A stretch of 64,000 bases of DNA from an uncultured candidatus Porisulfidus sp. (GCA_965116025.1 OZ220480.1:480001-544000), one strand, 5' to 3'; numbered from the stretch's first letter, positions 39,219 to 49,535 are shown. Numbers and translations: made by a program. Notes: generated by a model from the letters alone, not told the origin.

Positions 39219-39411
39219 GGTCATTGGGGATCGCGTCCTATCCGACCCGTCAAAATCTCTATCGCCTCTCTCGGCCGTGACTAATCCCAACCTCGCGCAT
39301 AAGAAGCAGGTCAAGCTCCTCAGCCGTGAGCTTCTCCCCCACGCTCCCGCTCCAACAGCGCAACTAGTCCCTTCGATTCCTCGCCGTTCCTCGTTTGACT
39401 CGCCTCATCCA

Positions 39412-40269
39412 TCACCCGAGTCCCATGAAATCCCAATCGCCAGAATCGTCCTGCAGGTCACTGAGGTCCGTATTCTCCAGCGTGATGCTCCAGTCTTGAT
39501 CCCGCGCGGAAATCGCCGTTATCTCCACATGCTGACCTTTTCGCTCAATGTCCAGATCCGCGTACGCGTACGCGCGCCCATCAGTGAATTTGATTTTGTC
39601 CGCGTCATCCCAACCGATGATCTTGTCCTCTCCGCTCTGATCGCCGAATATGTACGTATCCGCTCCTTTGTCGCCGTACAGGCTGTCATCGCCTTTTCCG
39701 CCTTGCAGCCTGTCGCCGCCCTCGCCTCCAAACAAGACGTCATCGCCTTTTCCACCTTTCAACCTGTCATCGCCCTCGCCCCCGTACAAGATGTCATCGC
39801 CCGCGCCGCCTTTCAACTTGTCATCGCCCCTGCCTCCGTACAGCCGATCACCGCCCGCGCCGCCGAAAAGCCTGTCATCACCCTCATCGCTGAGCAACCA
39901 GTCATCGCCCTTGCCGCCAAGCATCACGTCATCGCCCGCGCCGCCGCTCAACCAGTCCCCACCCTTGCCGCCGAGCATCGTGTCGTCGCCATCGTGGCCG
40001 TACAGATGGTCATCACCCTTGCCCCCGTACAGATGGTCATCGCCCGCGCCGCCGCGCAACCAGTCCTTGCCCTTGCCTCCTTTCAGAACATCGTCGCCAT
40101 CGCCGCCGGACAGAAAATCGTCGCCAGCGCCACCGAATATCTTGTCATCGCCGTTCATGCCCTTCCGTCTGTCATCGCCTTTGGTTCCAATGATTTCGTA
40201 GTCCGCGTTCGGATCCTTCCAAGTGAAGGAATCGTCCGTCAGGATCGCGTGTCCGGTCTTCCAGCTCAT
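39412..40269 (-). CDS. RTX/hemolysin-type calcium-binding repeat protein
   Basis: ~20 tandem GGxGxDxLx nonapeptides, then 'G.D.I..W...DKI' C-term; GGAGG SD. Confidence 0.9.
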   Translation of the reverse strand: MSWKTGHAILTDDSFTWKDPNADYEIIGTKGDDRRKGMNGDDKIFGGAGDDFLSGGDGDDVLKGGKGKDWLRGGAGDDHLYGGKGDDHLYGHDGDDTMLGGKGGDWLSGGAGDDVMLGGKGDDWLLSDEGDDRLFGGAGGDRLYGGRGDDKLKGGAGDDILYGGEGDDRLKGGKGDDVLFGGEGGDRLQGGKGDDSLYGDKGADTYIFGDQSGEDKIIGWDDADKIKFTDGRAYAYADLDIERKGQHVEITAISARDQDWSITLENTDLSDLQDDSGDWDFMGLG

Positions 40270-40630
40270 GGCCGCCTCCGCTCTTGCTTCGCTAATCAGC
40301 GCGACTTAACGTCTCCGTAGCGTATGCTATCACGAGCTCTTGCGCGGCAACGCCAGCCTCGCTCAGATATTCAGAAGGCACCCGTGCCGGGCCTAGAGCC
40401 GGACGCGCGCGACGTGTGATCGACATGGAGATCCTTGACCTTCAGTGACGGCCCCCACGGCCCGGACCGTCTCTCCGCTGGCTTCCGGGCGGGAGATCTA
40501 TGTTTTCCGAGGCCCGAGCTGAATCCGGCATGCTAGGATGATCTTTTGGATTCACGCGGCTCGCGCCGTCCTGACAGTTAGTTCTCGCTATTTTCCATAG
40601 CGTTCATGATTCACGCCCCCAATCGCGCCG

Positions 40631-40978
40631 ATGATTCTGAACGTCACCATTAACGAGAAATCCTATCCGATCCGGATTCCGGGCGGCATGCTCGAAGAGG
40701 CCGCGGACGTGTTCGCCCGCATGGATGCCGACATGGATCGAGGTTGGCAGATGTCCCGGATCTGGGTGGACCGCCCGGACGATTTCCAGCGTTGCCAGAT
40801 CGTCGCGGATCGACTGCTGACGGCCATGGAGAACGGCAACCAGGAACTGGCGACCATGATGGCCGCCTACATCATGGCGCGCGCGCCCGGCGTCCAGGAA
40901 ATCGCGATCGATGCCAGCGGCGACATGACGCGGACCATGATCAAGCGAGAAACGCCGGCTTCGGCCGATCCCTCCTGA
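40631..40978 (+). CDS. Conserved hypothetical protein
   Basis: Protein-like composition; 'FARMDADMDRGWQMSR.WV..P...QRCQIVAD.LL.A' resembles an uncharacterised gammaproteobacterial family (recollection). Confidence 0.75.
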   Translation: MILNVTINEKSYPIRIPGGMLEEAADVFARMDADMDRGWQMSRIWVDRPDDFQRCQIVADRLLTAMENGNQELATMMAAYIMARAPGVQEIAIDASGDMTRTMIKRETPASADPS

Positions 40979-41003
40979 CTGGCGCCAGCGCGCGGCGGAG
41001 CGC

Positions 41004-42698
41004 CTATTCGTAAAACGCGGAAACGATTTTTTCGTATTTCTCCTCGAGCGCGTGGCGCCGCAGCTTCAGCGTGGAGGTCAGAAGCCCATCCCGCTCGCTC
41101 CACGGCTCGGTCTCGACGTGCAAGCGCTTGATCCGCGCGTATCCCGGAAAATCGGCCAGCAGTCCCCCGACCGAATCCAGAAGCCGCTCCTCGTCCACCG
41201 GCTCCTCGACCACGACGACCGCCGACAGGAACGGTCGCCCCTCCCCGACCACCCAGGCCTGGCGGATTCCGGGGCCATTGAGCAACGCGCCCTCGATATC
41301 CTCCGGCGGGACCTTCTCCCCGTTGGACAGGACGATGATCTCCTTCGCCCGTCCCACGATGTAGATGTGCCCATCCTCGATTCGCGCCAGATCTCCGGTG
41401 TGAAACCACCCTTCGTCATCAATCGCCGCCCGGGTCGCCTCCGGATCGTCCAGATACCCCCGCATCACCCCTTCTCCCCTCACCAGCAACTCCTTCTCCT
41501 CGCTCAGCCGCGCCTCCACTCCAGGGATAGGCGGCCCGACCGAGCCACGGCGAACGTCGTTCTCCCGGTTGACGCTGACCACCGGGGAGGTTTCCGTCAG
41601 GCCATAGCCCTGCAGCGTTTTCAGCCCGATTCCGGAGAAGAAGTCCGCCACCCTGGCGTTCATCGGGGCGCCGCCCGTGATGGCGACCCGCAGGCGCCCG
41701 CCCAGGCCCCGCAGAACCTTCCGACCGATGAGGTGGCGCGGCAACAGGCCGAAAAGTCTCCACAAGGAGAAAGGGCCCGCGCGGCCCGCTTTCTCGCTCA
41801 AGGACGTAAGAATCCGTCCAATCGGGCCGCTCAACGGTCGTTGCGAGATCAGTCCGCGGTAGATTTTCTCGTACACGCGAGGCACCGACACCATGACGGT
41901 CGGCGGTTGCTGGAGCAGATCCCGGCGCAACGTGGCGATGGAGCGGGCGAACGCCACCGTGGACCCATGGAGCATGGGGGCGTAGTAGCCGACCGTCCGC
42001 TCGAACATGTGCGATAGCGGCAGGAAAGACAGCAACCGGTCTTCCGGCCCGATCGGAACGGCCTCCGTCGCCGCGATCGCGTTGCTCAGGATATTCGTGT
42101 GGGTCAGCGACACCCCCTTGGGGCGTCCAGTGGTTCCAGAGGTGAACACGATGGTCGCGAGAGAGCCAGGATCCTTTCGCGCGACTTGATACGGAGACGC
42201 GGAAGGGGCGAGAGCGAGCTCCTGGAAAAACGGCCTGACCCCCGCGTCCGGGACCGGATCGGCGCTGAAGACATGCTCGACGCCAAACATTCGCCTTCGC
42301 TCATCTCTGAGGGATTCCCACTGGGCCCGTCCGCCGATGAACAGCGCGCGCATGCGGCTGCGCTCGGCCACGTACGCGACGTTGCCGCCCCGGTCCCTGT
42401 AGTAGAGCGGAACGGTCACGACGCCGAGCCCGGCCGCGGCCAGATCCAGAATGACCCAGTACGTCCCCCCGCGCGCCATGATGCCGACCCGGTCATCCGC
42501 CTTGAGCCCCAAGCGCCGCTCGAGCAACCACTGGGCGCGCCCCGCCTGCTGGTGAACCCATCGCCAGCTGTGCGAGAACCATTTGCCCGTCACGTGGCTG
42601 TATTCGACGTAGGCGGCCGCGTCCGGGGTGGCCTTCGCCCGGCTCTCGAACAGCTGCCCCAGAGCGCTAGCGCTCGAGATCCCTTTCAGAGCGGCCAT
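41004..42698 (-). CDS. Long-chain fatty acid-CoA ligase (AMP-binding)
   Basis: 'FTSGTTGRPKGV', 'LPLSHMFER', 'GYGLTETSP', 'WFHTGDL', 'TLKLRR'. Confidence 0.92.
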   Translation of the reverse strand: MAALKGISSASALGQLFESRAKATPDAAAYVEYSHVTGKWFSHSWRWVHQQAGRAQWLLERRLGLKADDRVGIMARGGTYWVILDLAAAGLGVVTVPLYYRDRGGNVAYVAERSRMRALFIGGRAQWESLRDERRRMFGVEHVFSADPVPDAGVRPFFQELALAPSASPYQVARKDPGSLATIVFTSGTTGRPKGVSLTHTNILSNAIAATEAVPIGPEDRLLSFLPLSHMFERTVGYYAPMLHGSTVAFARSIATLRRDLLQQPPTVMVSVPRVYEKIYRGLISQRPLSGPIGRILTSLSEKAGRAGPFSLWRLFGLLPRHLIGRKVLRGLGGRLRVAITGGAPMNARVADFFSGIGLKTLQGYGLTETSPVVSVNRENDVRRGSVGPPIPGVEARLSEEKELLVRGEGVMRGYLDDPEATRAAIDDEGWFHTGDLARIEDGHIYIVGRAKEIIVLSNGEKVPPEDIEGALLNGPGIRQAWVVGEGRPFLSAVVVVEEPVDEERLLDSVGGLLADFPGYARIKRLHVETEPWSERDGLLTSTLKLRRHALEEKYEKIVSAFYE

Positions 42699-42704
42699 CA
42701 AATC

Positions 42705-44720
42705 TTACTTGCGCAGGTCTTCCGAATCCCAGCCCGGACCCGGGGCGAATCTGGGCCCGTAGCGTCTCTCGAGCTCCTCCAGGCGCCGGCGGACCGCGTC
42801 CGCTCCTCTCTGGCGAACCAGCTGCAGCGGCCCCCCGGTGAAGGGCGCGAAGCCGGTTCCCAGAACCATTCCCGCGTCAATCCAGTCGGCGCGCTCCACC
42901 AGTCCCTCGCGCAGGCAACGCACCGCCTCGCGCGCCATGCTGAGAATCAGCCGGTCCGCGCAATCTGGTGGCGGGGTCCGCCCGCGCGACCGCCTCGCCT
43001 CTCCGTTCTTCCAGCGATAAAACCCGCGCCCGGTCTTGCGTCCCAGTCGTCCCGCCTCGACCTTCTCGATCAAGGTTTTCGGGATTTCCGCGCCGTGGGC
43101 CTCGGCGAGGACCGTCCCGGCCGCGAGACAGATATCGAGCCCCACCATGTCGGCCAGCCTCAGCGGGCCCATCGGCATACCGAACGCCACCGCCGCGCGG
43201 TCGATAGCTCCCGCCGGCAGTCCTTCTTCCCGAAGGCGGACCGCCTCCAGCAGATAGGGCATGAGCACCCGGTTGACCAGAAAGCCCGGCGAGGACCTCA
43301 CCACCAGAGGCGCCCTTCGAATCCGCCGGACGAACCCCGCGGCCCGCTCGATCAGGGCCCGCTGTCCGGGGTCGTGATAGATCACCTCCACCAGCGGCAT
43401 CTTGAGCACCGGGTTGAAGAAATGGACGCCGACCAGCCGAGCGGGATCGTCCAGAACCTCCGCGAGGCTCTCGAGGGGCAAGCTCGAGGTGTTGGTCGCG
43501 AGCAAGGCGTCCGCGCGCGTCCGCGACTGCAGCTGAAGGAACAGGTCTCGCTTGGCCTCGAGGTTCTCGGAAATCGCCTCGATCACGAGGTCCGCGGATC
43601 CCGCGCCATGTCCCTCCGGATCCGGAATCAGGCGGTCCATCGTGGCCTGGGCGTCTTCTGGACGGTGGGCGAGAGTTCGATGGGCGCGCCGAATGACCGG
43701 CGCGATTCTTTCCGGCTCCGTGTCCTGCAACGTCACGCGCAAGCCATTCAAGGCGCACCAGATGGCGATGTCGCCCCCCATCACGCCGCTTCCCACGACA
43801 TGCGCGTGGGCCATCTCCTCGCCGCCGGAGGCTTGGGCCTTGAGCTCTTGGCGAAGCAGGAACATCCGGGTCAGCTGGCGCGCCTGCGGCGACTCGAAGA
43901 GGCTCGCCACCGACCGCGCCTCGGCCTCCAGCGCCTCTTCGGGGTTCCGGCTGATATCCCGCCAGAACTCAAGCAGCTGGTGCGGCGCCGGGTAATGCTC
44001 TCTCGGCGCGGTCTTTTCCACTTGCCGGGCGCACGCCCACGCCACCGCGCGGCGCAGCGTCGGCGCGCGCGGCGCCCGCTCGCGCCATGGCGGACGGCGC
44101 GGCGCGCGGCGGCTCCGCAACATCTCCCGCGCCGTCGCGAGCAGCTGCCGCCGGGGCGCCACCGCGTCCACCAGCCCCAGCCTCAAGGCTCCAGCGGCCG
44201 ACACGGTCCGGCCCGTCACCATCATCCGCAACGCTTTCCAGTCCCCGATCAGGGCCGGCAGCCGCACGGACCCCCCATATCCCGGATGAATGCCCAACCT
44301 CACCTCGGGCAATCCAATTCGGCCTTGGCCCTCGCTCTCGGCGACCCGGTAGTCGCAGGCCAGCGCCAGTTCCAGCCCTCCACCCAAGCAATGCCCCCGA
44401 ATCGCGGCGACGGTCGGGCACTCCAGATTCGCCCAATCCTGGAACAGCCTCTGCCCACGGCGCAGCGTCTCCAGCGCCTGATCCCGATTTTCCAGTTTCG
44501 CGAACTCGGTCACGTCCGCGCCCATCGCGAACGCCCGCTCCGGATCCGAGCTGAGAACGATCCCCGGCGGAGCCCGGGAGCGCAGACGCTCCAGAACGTC
44601 CTCGAACTCGTCCAGAGCCGCGCCATGCAGAACGTTGACCGAGCGGTCGGCCACCGCCAGAAACAGCCGCAGGCCGCCGCCCTCGCCGGCGTCGAGTCGC
44701 CAATGGCGCCAGTCGCTCAT
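42705..44720 (-). CDS. Fatty acid oxidation complex alpha subunit (enoyl-CoA hydratase / 3-hydroxyacyl-CoA dehydrogenase, FadJ/FadB-like)
   Basis: 'GADV', 'CLGGGLELALAC', 'GLPEV.LG', 'GSGVMGG', 'TNTSS', 'HFFNP'. Confidence 0.93.
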   Translation of the reverse strand: MSDWRHWRLDAGEGGGLRLFLAVADRSVNVLHGAALDEFEDVLERLRSRAPPGIVLSSDPERAFAMGADVTEFAKLENRDQALETLRRGQRLFQDWANLECPTVAAIRGHCLGGGLELALACDYRVAESEGQGRIGLPEVRLGIHPGYGGSVRLPALIGDWKALRMMVTGRTVSAAGALRLGLVDAVAPRRQLLATAREMLRSRRAPRRPPWRERAPRAPTLRRAVAWACARQVEKTAPREHYPAPHQLLEFWRDISRNPEEALEAEARSVASLFESPQARQLTRMFLLRQELKAQASGGEEMAHAHVVGSGVMGGDIAIWCALNGLRVTLQDTEPERIAPVIRRAHRTLAHRPEDAQATMDRLIPDPEGHGAGSADLVIEAISENLEAKRDLFLQLQSRTRADALLATNTSSLPLESLAEVLDDPARLVGVHFFNPVLKMPLVEVIYHDPGQRALIERAAGFVRRIRRAPLVVRSSPGFLVNRVLMPYLLEAVRLREEGLPAGAIDRAAVAFGMPMGPLRLADMVGLDICLAAGTVLAEAHGAEIPKTLIEKVEAGRLGRKTGRGFYRWKNGEARRSRGRTPPPDCADRLILSMAREAVRCLREGLVERADWIDAGMVLGTGFAPFTGGPLQLVRQRGADAVRRRLEELERRYGPRFAPGPGWDSEDLRK

Positions 44721-46057
44721 GGCGCGCGCTCCAGCAACGCGGCACCGCCTTGCCCGCCGCCAACGCACAGGCTCGCGACCCCGAAACGCCCTTTCGTGCG
44801 CCGCAGCTGCTTGAGCGCGTGCAGCACGATCCGGGCTCCGGTCATTCCCACCGGATGGCCGATCGCCACCGCGCCCCCGTGCGGGTTGAGTCGTTCCTTG
44901 TCGATCGGCTCCAGGCAATCGTCTCGACCCAATTCCGAGCGCATGTACGCCTCATCCCGCCAAGCTTTCAGGCACGCCAGCACCTGCGCGGAAAACGCCT
45001 CGTTGATCTCGAAGCAGTCGACCTCCGCGACCGCGATTCCGGCGCGCTCGAACAGGTCCCGCATCGCGACCACCGGGCCCAGGCCCATCACCGTCGGATC
45101 CAGCGCCACCCAGCTGATATGGCGCAACGTTCCGAGAACCGGCAACCGATGCCGCTCGACCGCCGCCTCCGAGGCCAGCAGCAACGCGGCCGCGCCGTCG
45201 CTAATCTGGGCGCTGTTGCCCGCCGTCACCTTGCCGGTAGGAACGTCGAAGACCGGCCGTAGCCACGCGAGCCGTTCCAGGGAAGAATCGCGGCGCACCC
45301 CGGTGTCCCGATCGTAGACTTTCCCGCTCGCGTCGTACAGCGGCGCGATCTCATCCTCGAAAACTCCGGCGTCCTGCGCCCGCGCGGCGAGCTCGTGGCT
45401 CTCCAGCGCGAACGCGTCCATGGCGCGGCGGGAAACATGGAAGCGGTAGGCCAGCTCCTCCGCCGTCTGGCCCATGCTGAGGTTCACGACCGGATCGGTC
45501 AGGCCGCATTTCAGGGCGCTGACCAACCGCAGCATTCGAGGCCGGAGCCCCGCCAGCCGCCGCAGTCGGGCCCAGAGCCCTTTCGCGCGGGCGAAACCTC
45601 CCAGCCAGGCCACGGCGTCCGGTCCCAGCAGAACCGGAGCCCGGCTCATCGCCTCGACTCCGCCCGCGAGAACCAGATCCGCGTCGCCCCGCGCGACGCT
45701 CCGCGCGGCCGCGTCCAGCGCCTGCATGCCGGAAGCGCAGTTGCGCTGCACCGTATGCGCGGGAACATGATGGCCCAACCCAAGACGGAGACCGATGACG
45801 CGGGCGATGTTGGCCTCGGACTCGCCAGGCATCACGCAACCCCAGACCCCTTCCTGGATATGTTCCCGGACCCGCGGATAGCGAAGCAGAAGGTCCCGGG
45901 CGCAGGCCACCGCCAAATCGCTCGCGGAGAATGGGCCCGGAGAGCCGGACGCCTTCAGGATCGGCGTGCGCCGGCCGTCGACGACATAAACCGGCCGCTC
46001 ATAGCTCGGCCGCGTCGTCTCGCCGGGCCGGCCACCGGAAAGTTCCGCGGCGCTCAC
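44717..46057 (-). CDS. Acetyl-CoA C-acyltransferase (thiolase, FadI/FadA-like)
   Basis: 'RNCASG', 'EINEAF', 'GHPVGMTGAR', 'LCVGGGQG'; GTGA overlap with the fadE stop. Confidence 0.94.
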   Translation of the reverse strand: MSAAELSGGRPGETTRPSYERPVYVVDGRRTPILKASGSPGPFSASDLAVACARDLLLRYPRVREHIQEGVWGCVMPGESEANIARVIGLRLGLGHHVPAHTVQRNCASGMQALDAAARSVARGDADLVLAGGVEAMSRAPVLLGPDAVAWLGGFARAKGLWARLRRLAGLRPRMLRLVSALKCGLTDPVVNLSMGQTAEELAYRFHVSRRAMDAFALESHELAARAQDAGVFEDEIAPLYDASGKVYDRDTGVRRDSSLERLAWLRPVFDVPTGKVTAGNSAQISDGAAALLLASEAAVERHRLPVLGTLRHISWVALDPTVMGLGPVVAMRDLFERAGIAVAEVDCFEINEAFSAQVLACLKAWRDEAYMRSELGRDDCLEPIDKERLNPHGGAVAIGHPVGMTGARIVLHALKQLRRTKGRFGVASLCVGGGQGGAALLERAP

Positions 46058-48543
46058 CGTTCCGCTCGATCCATCGGGCCGCTCGGCAGGATGGGCGCGC
46101 CACGCGCCCAAGCGTCGCTCGCGAAAGCGTCGACCGCGATGATCTCGTCGACCCGGCGATCAGCCGCGCGCAGCGATTCCACCTGTTTCGGGGTCAGAAC
46201 CCCGACCTCGACCGCCCGCTCCAGATCGACGCCGCTCTCGTCCGCGGCGACCTCGCCTTCCCGAACCGCGCGGCGCAAGGCGCGCCGAACCGGCTCCAAC
46301 TCCACCGCCTCGACCAGCCCCCGCTCCAGCCGAACCGCGGGATCGTCAGGGTCTTGGCCCAAATAGATTCCGGCGCGCAATCGGTCTCGCGGCTCCCCCG
46401 GGGCCGTGATCAAGCGGGCCACGGCGCGGTCCTCCCGATCCAGCCGGGACCGCCCCAGCCGTCCCAACGGCGTGGTGGCGACGCGCATCGCGACGCGCAA
46501 CCAGCGATCGTCCAGATTCCGGATCAGTCCGTCCAGAGCCGCCAGGAAATCTCGTCGGCACTCCAGGAGAGCCCAGTCGCGCAAGGGGATTTCCTCCGCG
46601 CGGGCGCCGTCCGCCTGGAACCGCCGGATCACGCAGACCGCCAAATACTGGGCGGAGAGCATGTCCGCCAAACGCGCCGAGAGCCGCTCGCGGCGCTTGA
46701 GCGACCCTCCGTAGCGCGCCAGCGACGCGTCGACCACCCAAGCGAAGCAGGCGCTCTGCCAAGCCAAGGCGCGGTACGGCTCCGGCGGCATGCCGGGCAA
46801 GGGATAGCGCCCGCCGCTGACGCCCAGCGCGAACGCGCGGGCGAGGTTGCGGAAGGTCGTCCCCGCATGCTGGCGCAGGGTCCGCTCGAACCGCTCCAGC
46901 GCCTCGTTCCCCTCGTCCATCCCCAGGCATTCCATCTCCCGTAGCAGGTAGGGATGGCAGCGCACCAGGCCCTGCCCGAAAATGATCATGTTGCGGGTCA
47001 GCAGGTTGGCGCCTTCCACCGTGATCGCGATCGGCACGGCCTGATACAGGCGGGCCATCTGGTTGCGCGGTCCCATGCAGATCCCCGCGCCGGCGGTGAT
47101 GTCCATGGCGCCGTTCACGACCCGGCGCATGCGCTCGGTCAGCTGTTGCTTGGCGATCGCCGAGGCCACCGAGGAGCACTCCTCGCGGTCTTCCTGTCGC
47201 GCGATCTCGACGCGCGTGGCGTCCATCAGGTACGCGTTCCCGCCGATCTCGGCGAGGACCTCCTCGACCCCCTCGAAGCGAGCGATCGGCAACGAGAACT
47301 GCCGCCGCACCGCGGCGTAGGCTCCGGCGTGGCGGGTCGCCAGCTTGCCGGCCGCCACCGCCAAGGCGGGAAGCGAGATCCCGCGCCCCTCGCCCAGGCA
47401 CTCCATCAGCATCTGCCAGCCGCGCCCCACGCCCGCCCGTCCGCCGATCACCTGGTCCATGGGGACGCGCACGTCGCGCCCGAGAATCGGGCCGTTCATG
47501 AACGGGACCTGCAGGGGCATATGCCGCCGTCCGATCTCGACGCCGGGCGCGTCCGCCGGGATCAGCGCCAGCGTGATCCCCAAATCCCGCTCGCCGCCCA
47601 AAAGACCGTCCGGATCGTGCAGGCGGAACGCCAGACCGATCAGGGTCGCCACCGGCGCCAGGGTGATGTAGCGTTTTTCCCAATTGACGCGAATCCCCAG
47701 CACGCTCTCGCCGTCCTCTTCCCATTGGCAGACCACGCCCGCGTCCGGCAGAGCGGCCGCGTCGGATCCGGCATGCGGGCCGGTCAGGCCGAAGCAGGGA
47801 GTCTCGTCTCCGCGCGCGAGCCTAGGCAGATAGCGATCTTTTTGCTCCCGCGTGCCGTAGCGCAGCAGCAGCTTGCCCGGTCCAAGCGAGTTCGGCACCA
47901 TGACCGTGACCGCGGCGGCGACGCTGCGGCTGGCGATCTTCATGACCGCCTCGGAGTGGGCGAGCGCGGAAAACCCCAGACCGCCGTACCGTTCCGGCAA
48001 GACCATGCCGAAGAATCTCTCCTCCCGGATCATCCGCCAGACTTCCGGCGGGAGGTCATGGTCGGAGGTGGTGACGCGCCAATCGTCCAGAGACGCGCAC
48101 AGGCGCTCGACCGGGCCGTCCAGAAACTCTCGCTCCGCCTCGGTGAGCTCCGCGGGCTGACCGGGCAGAATCTCGCTCCAGTCAGGCGCCCCGGCGAACA
48201 GCGCCTCCTCCCAGCCCGCGACGCCCGCCTGCAGCGCCTCGCGCTCGGTGTCGGACAGGGGCGGCAAAGCCGCGCGCAGGCGGCGCCATGCGGGCCGGAT
48301 GACGAGGGCTCGCCGCCAGCCCGGGTGAAACCCGATCAGCAACGGAGCCCCCCAGGCCGCGACGACCAGAAACGCCAACCAAAACGGTGGCGCGAACGTC
48401 AGCGCCCACAGCAACAGCGCCAGCCCCGCCGCGGCCACCCAAAGCCGAAAGCCGCGGGCGTGGACCGTGATCAACGTCCAGCCCAGCAGCAACGCCCCGA
48501 GCCCGGCCAGCTGGCAAAGGAACGCGCCCACGAAATCAGCCAT
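46054..48543 (-). CDS. fadE: Acyl-CoA dehydrogenase FadE (membrane-anchored)
   Basis: N-term TMs, 'VMVPNSLGP', 'AGSDAA', 'KRYITLAP', 'ITVEGANLLTR'. Confidence 0.93.
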   Translation of the reverse strand: MADFVGAFLCQLAGLGALLLGWTLITVHARGFRLWVAAAGLALLLWALTFAPPFWLAFLVVAAWGAPLLIGFHPGWRRALVIRPAWRRLRAALPPLSDTEREALQAGVAGWEEALFAGAPDWSEILPGQPAELTEAEREFLDGPVERLCASLDDWRVTTSDHDLPPEVWRMIREERFFGMVLPERYGGLGFSALAHSEAVMKIASRSVAAAVTVMVPNSLGPGKLLLRYGTREQKDRYLPRLARGDETPCFGLTGPHAGSDAAALPDAGVVCQWEEDGESVLGIRVNWEKRYITLAPVATLIGLAFRLHDPDGLLGGERDLGITLALIPADAPGVEIGRRHMPLQVPFMNGPILGRDVRVPMDQVIGGRAGVGRGWQMLMECLGEGRGISLPALAVAAGKLATRHAGAYAAVRRQFSLPIARFEGVEEVLAEIGGNAYLMDATRVEIARQEDREECSSVASAIAKQQLTERMRRVVNGAMDITAGAGICMGPRNQMARLYQAVPIAITVEGANLLTRNMIIFGQGLVRCHPYLLREMECLGMDEGNEALERFERTLRQHAGTTFRNLARAFALGVSGGRYPLPGMPPEPYRALAWQSACFAWVVDASLARYGGSLKRRERLSARLADMLSAQYLAVCVIRRFQADGARAEEIPLRDWALLECRRDFLAALDGLIRNLDDRWLRVAMRVATTPLGRLGRSRLDREDRAVARLITAPGEPRDRLRAGIYLGQDPDDPAVRLERGLVEAVELEPVRRALRRAVREGEVAADESGVDLERAVEVGVLTPKQVESLRAADRRVDEIIAVDAFASDAWARGAPILPSGPMDRAER

Positions 48544-49535
48544 CAGCCCGTCCCCTTCCCGCCGTCGGGGTCCGGTCCGTCCAGCTTGACGTGCATGATG
48601 ACGCAGTCGTCCAGGCTGTCCCGCGCCTCCTCGGCCAGTCCCTCTTCCGACCACGGCAGCTTCCGGTAGAACCCGATGTCGTCCTCGCCCAGCAGCGGAT
48701 ACTTAATGATGGAGAAGTATGGAGAATGGTCGAAGTCGCGCGGCGTGATCAGGCGAGGATTGCGCTGCAGCATGCGGAACCGCCCCCCATCCTGCACGAT
48801 TAGCGGAACCACGGGAAAGCGGACCCGGGCGAACGCCCTGGCGATCATCGTCGAGCAGATCAAACGGGTCGGGTCCTGATGGTTGCGCTCGAACAGCGAC
48901 GACCGCCAGCGGCGCGGGACCACCGTCCACCAAGGAACCAGAAAGCGCGCGAGGTCCAGGATCTGCCGGACGTTGTAGTCGGCGCCCAGGTGCAGCAACG
49001 CGTAGGTCGAGACCCGGCGAGCGTCCTGGTAGCTCAGCCTCCGCGGCCGACACAGGCGAAGATGATGGTCGCGGTAGCGAAGGATCGAGGAAACGACGGT
49101 GCCACGGCCAAGCTCGGACTCCACGATCAGCGGGGCGTCCAGCTCATCGTCCCGAAGGTAGCCGCGCGCGATCGAGCGCAGCGCCGGGTCCCGCACCTTG
49201 TCCAAGGGGCCGATGACCAGCGCCGAATGCGTCCACACGCTGCTCGTGATACCGCGCACCGCGCTCGCGATCCGCGTGCGTCCCTCGACCAGCAGCACGT
49301 CGCCCATGCGCGCCTCGGCCAGCAAGCGCTCGAAATTGATCGGCGATTTCACGTCCTCCCGCTGCCTCTCGGCCACCAGCCAGAAGGTGGCCTGGCGCTC
49401 CAGCCAGTCGACCGCTCGCCGCCAGCGTTCCGGCGCGCGGCGCGCGTGATCGAGAAGCCACCGCGCGGCGCGGTCCACGGCGCGACGCAGACCCGCCGAA
49501 TCCGGGAAGCGCGGCGAAAGGGAACTCAGAGGCAT
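48543..49535 (-). CDS. YiiX/YebB-like permuted NlpC/P60 (papain-like) hydrolase
   Basis: 'GDVLLVEG', 'S.WTHSAL' (His) preceding 'ICSTMIA' (Cys), 'P.DFD.SPYF'; stop overlaps the fadE start. Confidence 0.85.
   Translation of the reverse strand: MPLSSLSPRFPDSAGLRRAVDRAARWLLDHARRAPERWRRAVDWLERQATFWLVAERQREDVKSPINFERLLAEARMGDVLLVEGRTRIASAVRGITSSVWTHSALVIGPLDKVRDPALRSIARGYLRDDELDAPLIVESELGRGTVVSSILRYRDHHLRLCRPRRLSYQDARRVSTYALLHLGADYNVRQILDLARFLVPWWTVVPRRWRSSLFERNHQDPTRLICSTMIARAFARVRFPVVPLIVQDGGRFRMLQRNPRLITPRDFDHSPYFSIIKYPLLGEDDIGFYRKLPWSEEGLAEEARDSLDDCVIMHVKLDGPDPDGGKGTG

Noticed and set aside
39640-40190. 27-bp periodic DNA repeats as a CRISPR array
   Set aside because: They encode in-frame RTX nonapeptides; no constant repeat with unique spacers and no cas genes
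42099-45317. 1072-aa + strand ORF and other long antisense ORFs (e.g. 14587-16914, 25744-27474, 46954-48669, 59299-61329)
   Set aside because: Shadow frames overlapping well-supported genes in high-GC DNA; R/A/P-rich with no motifs
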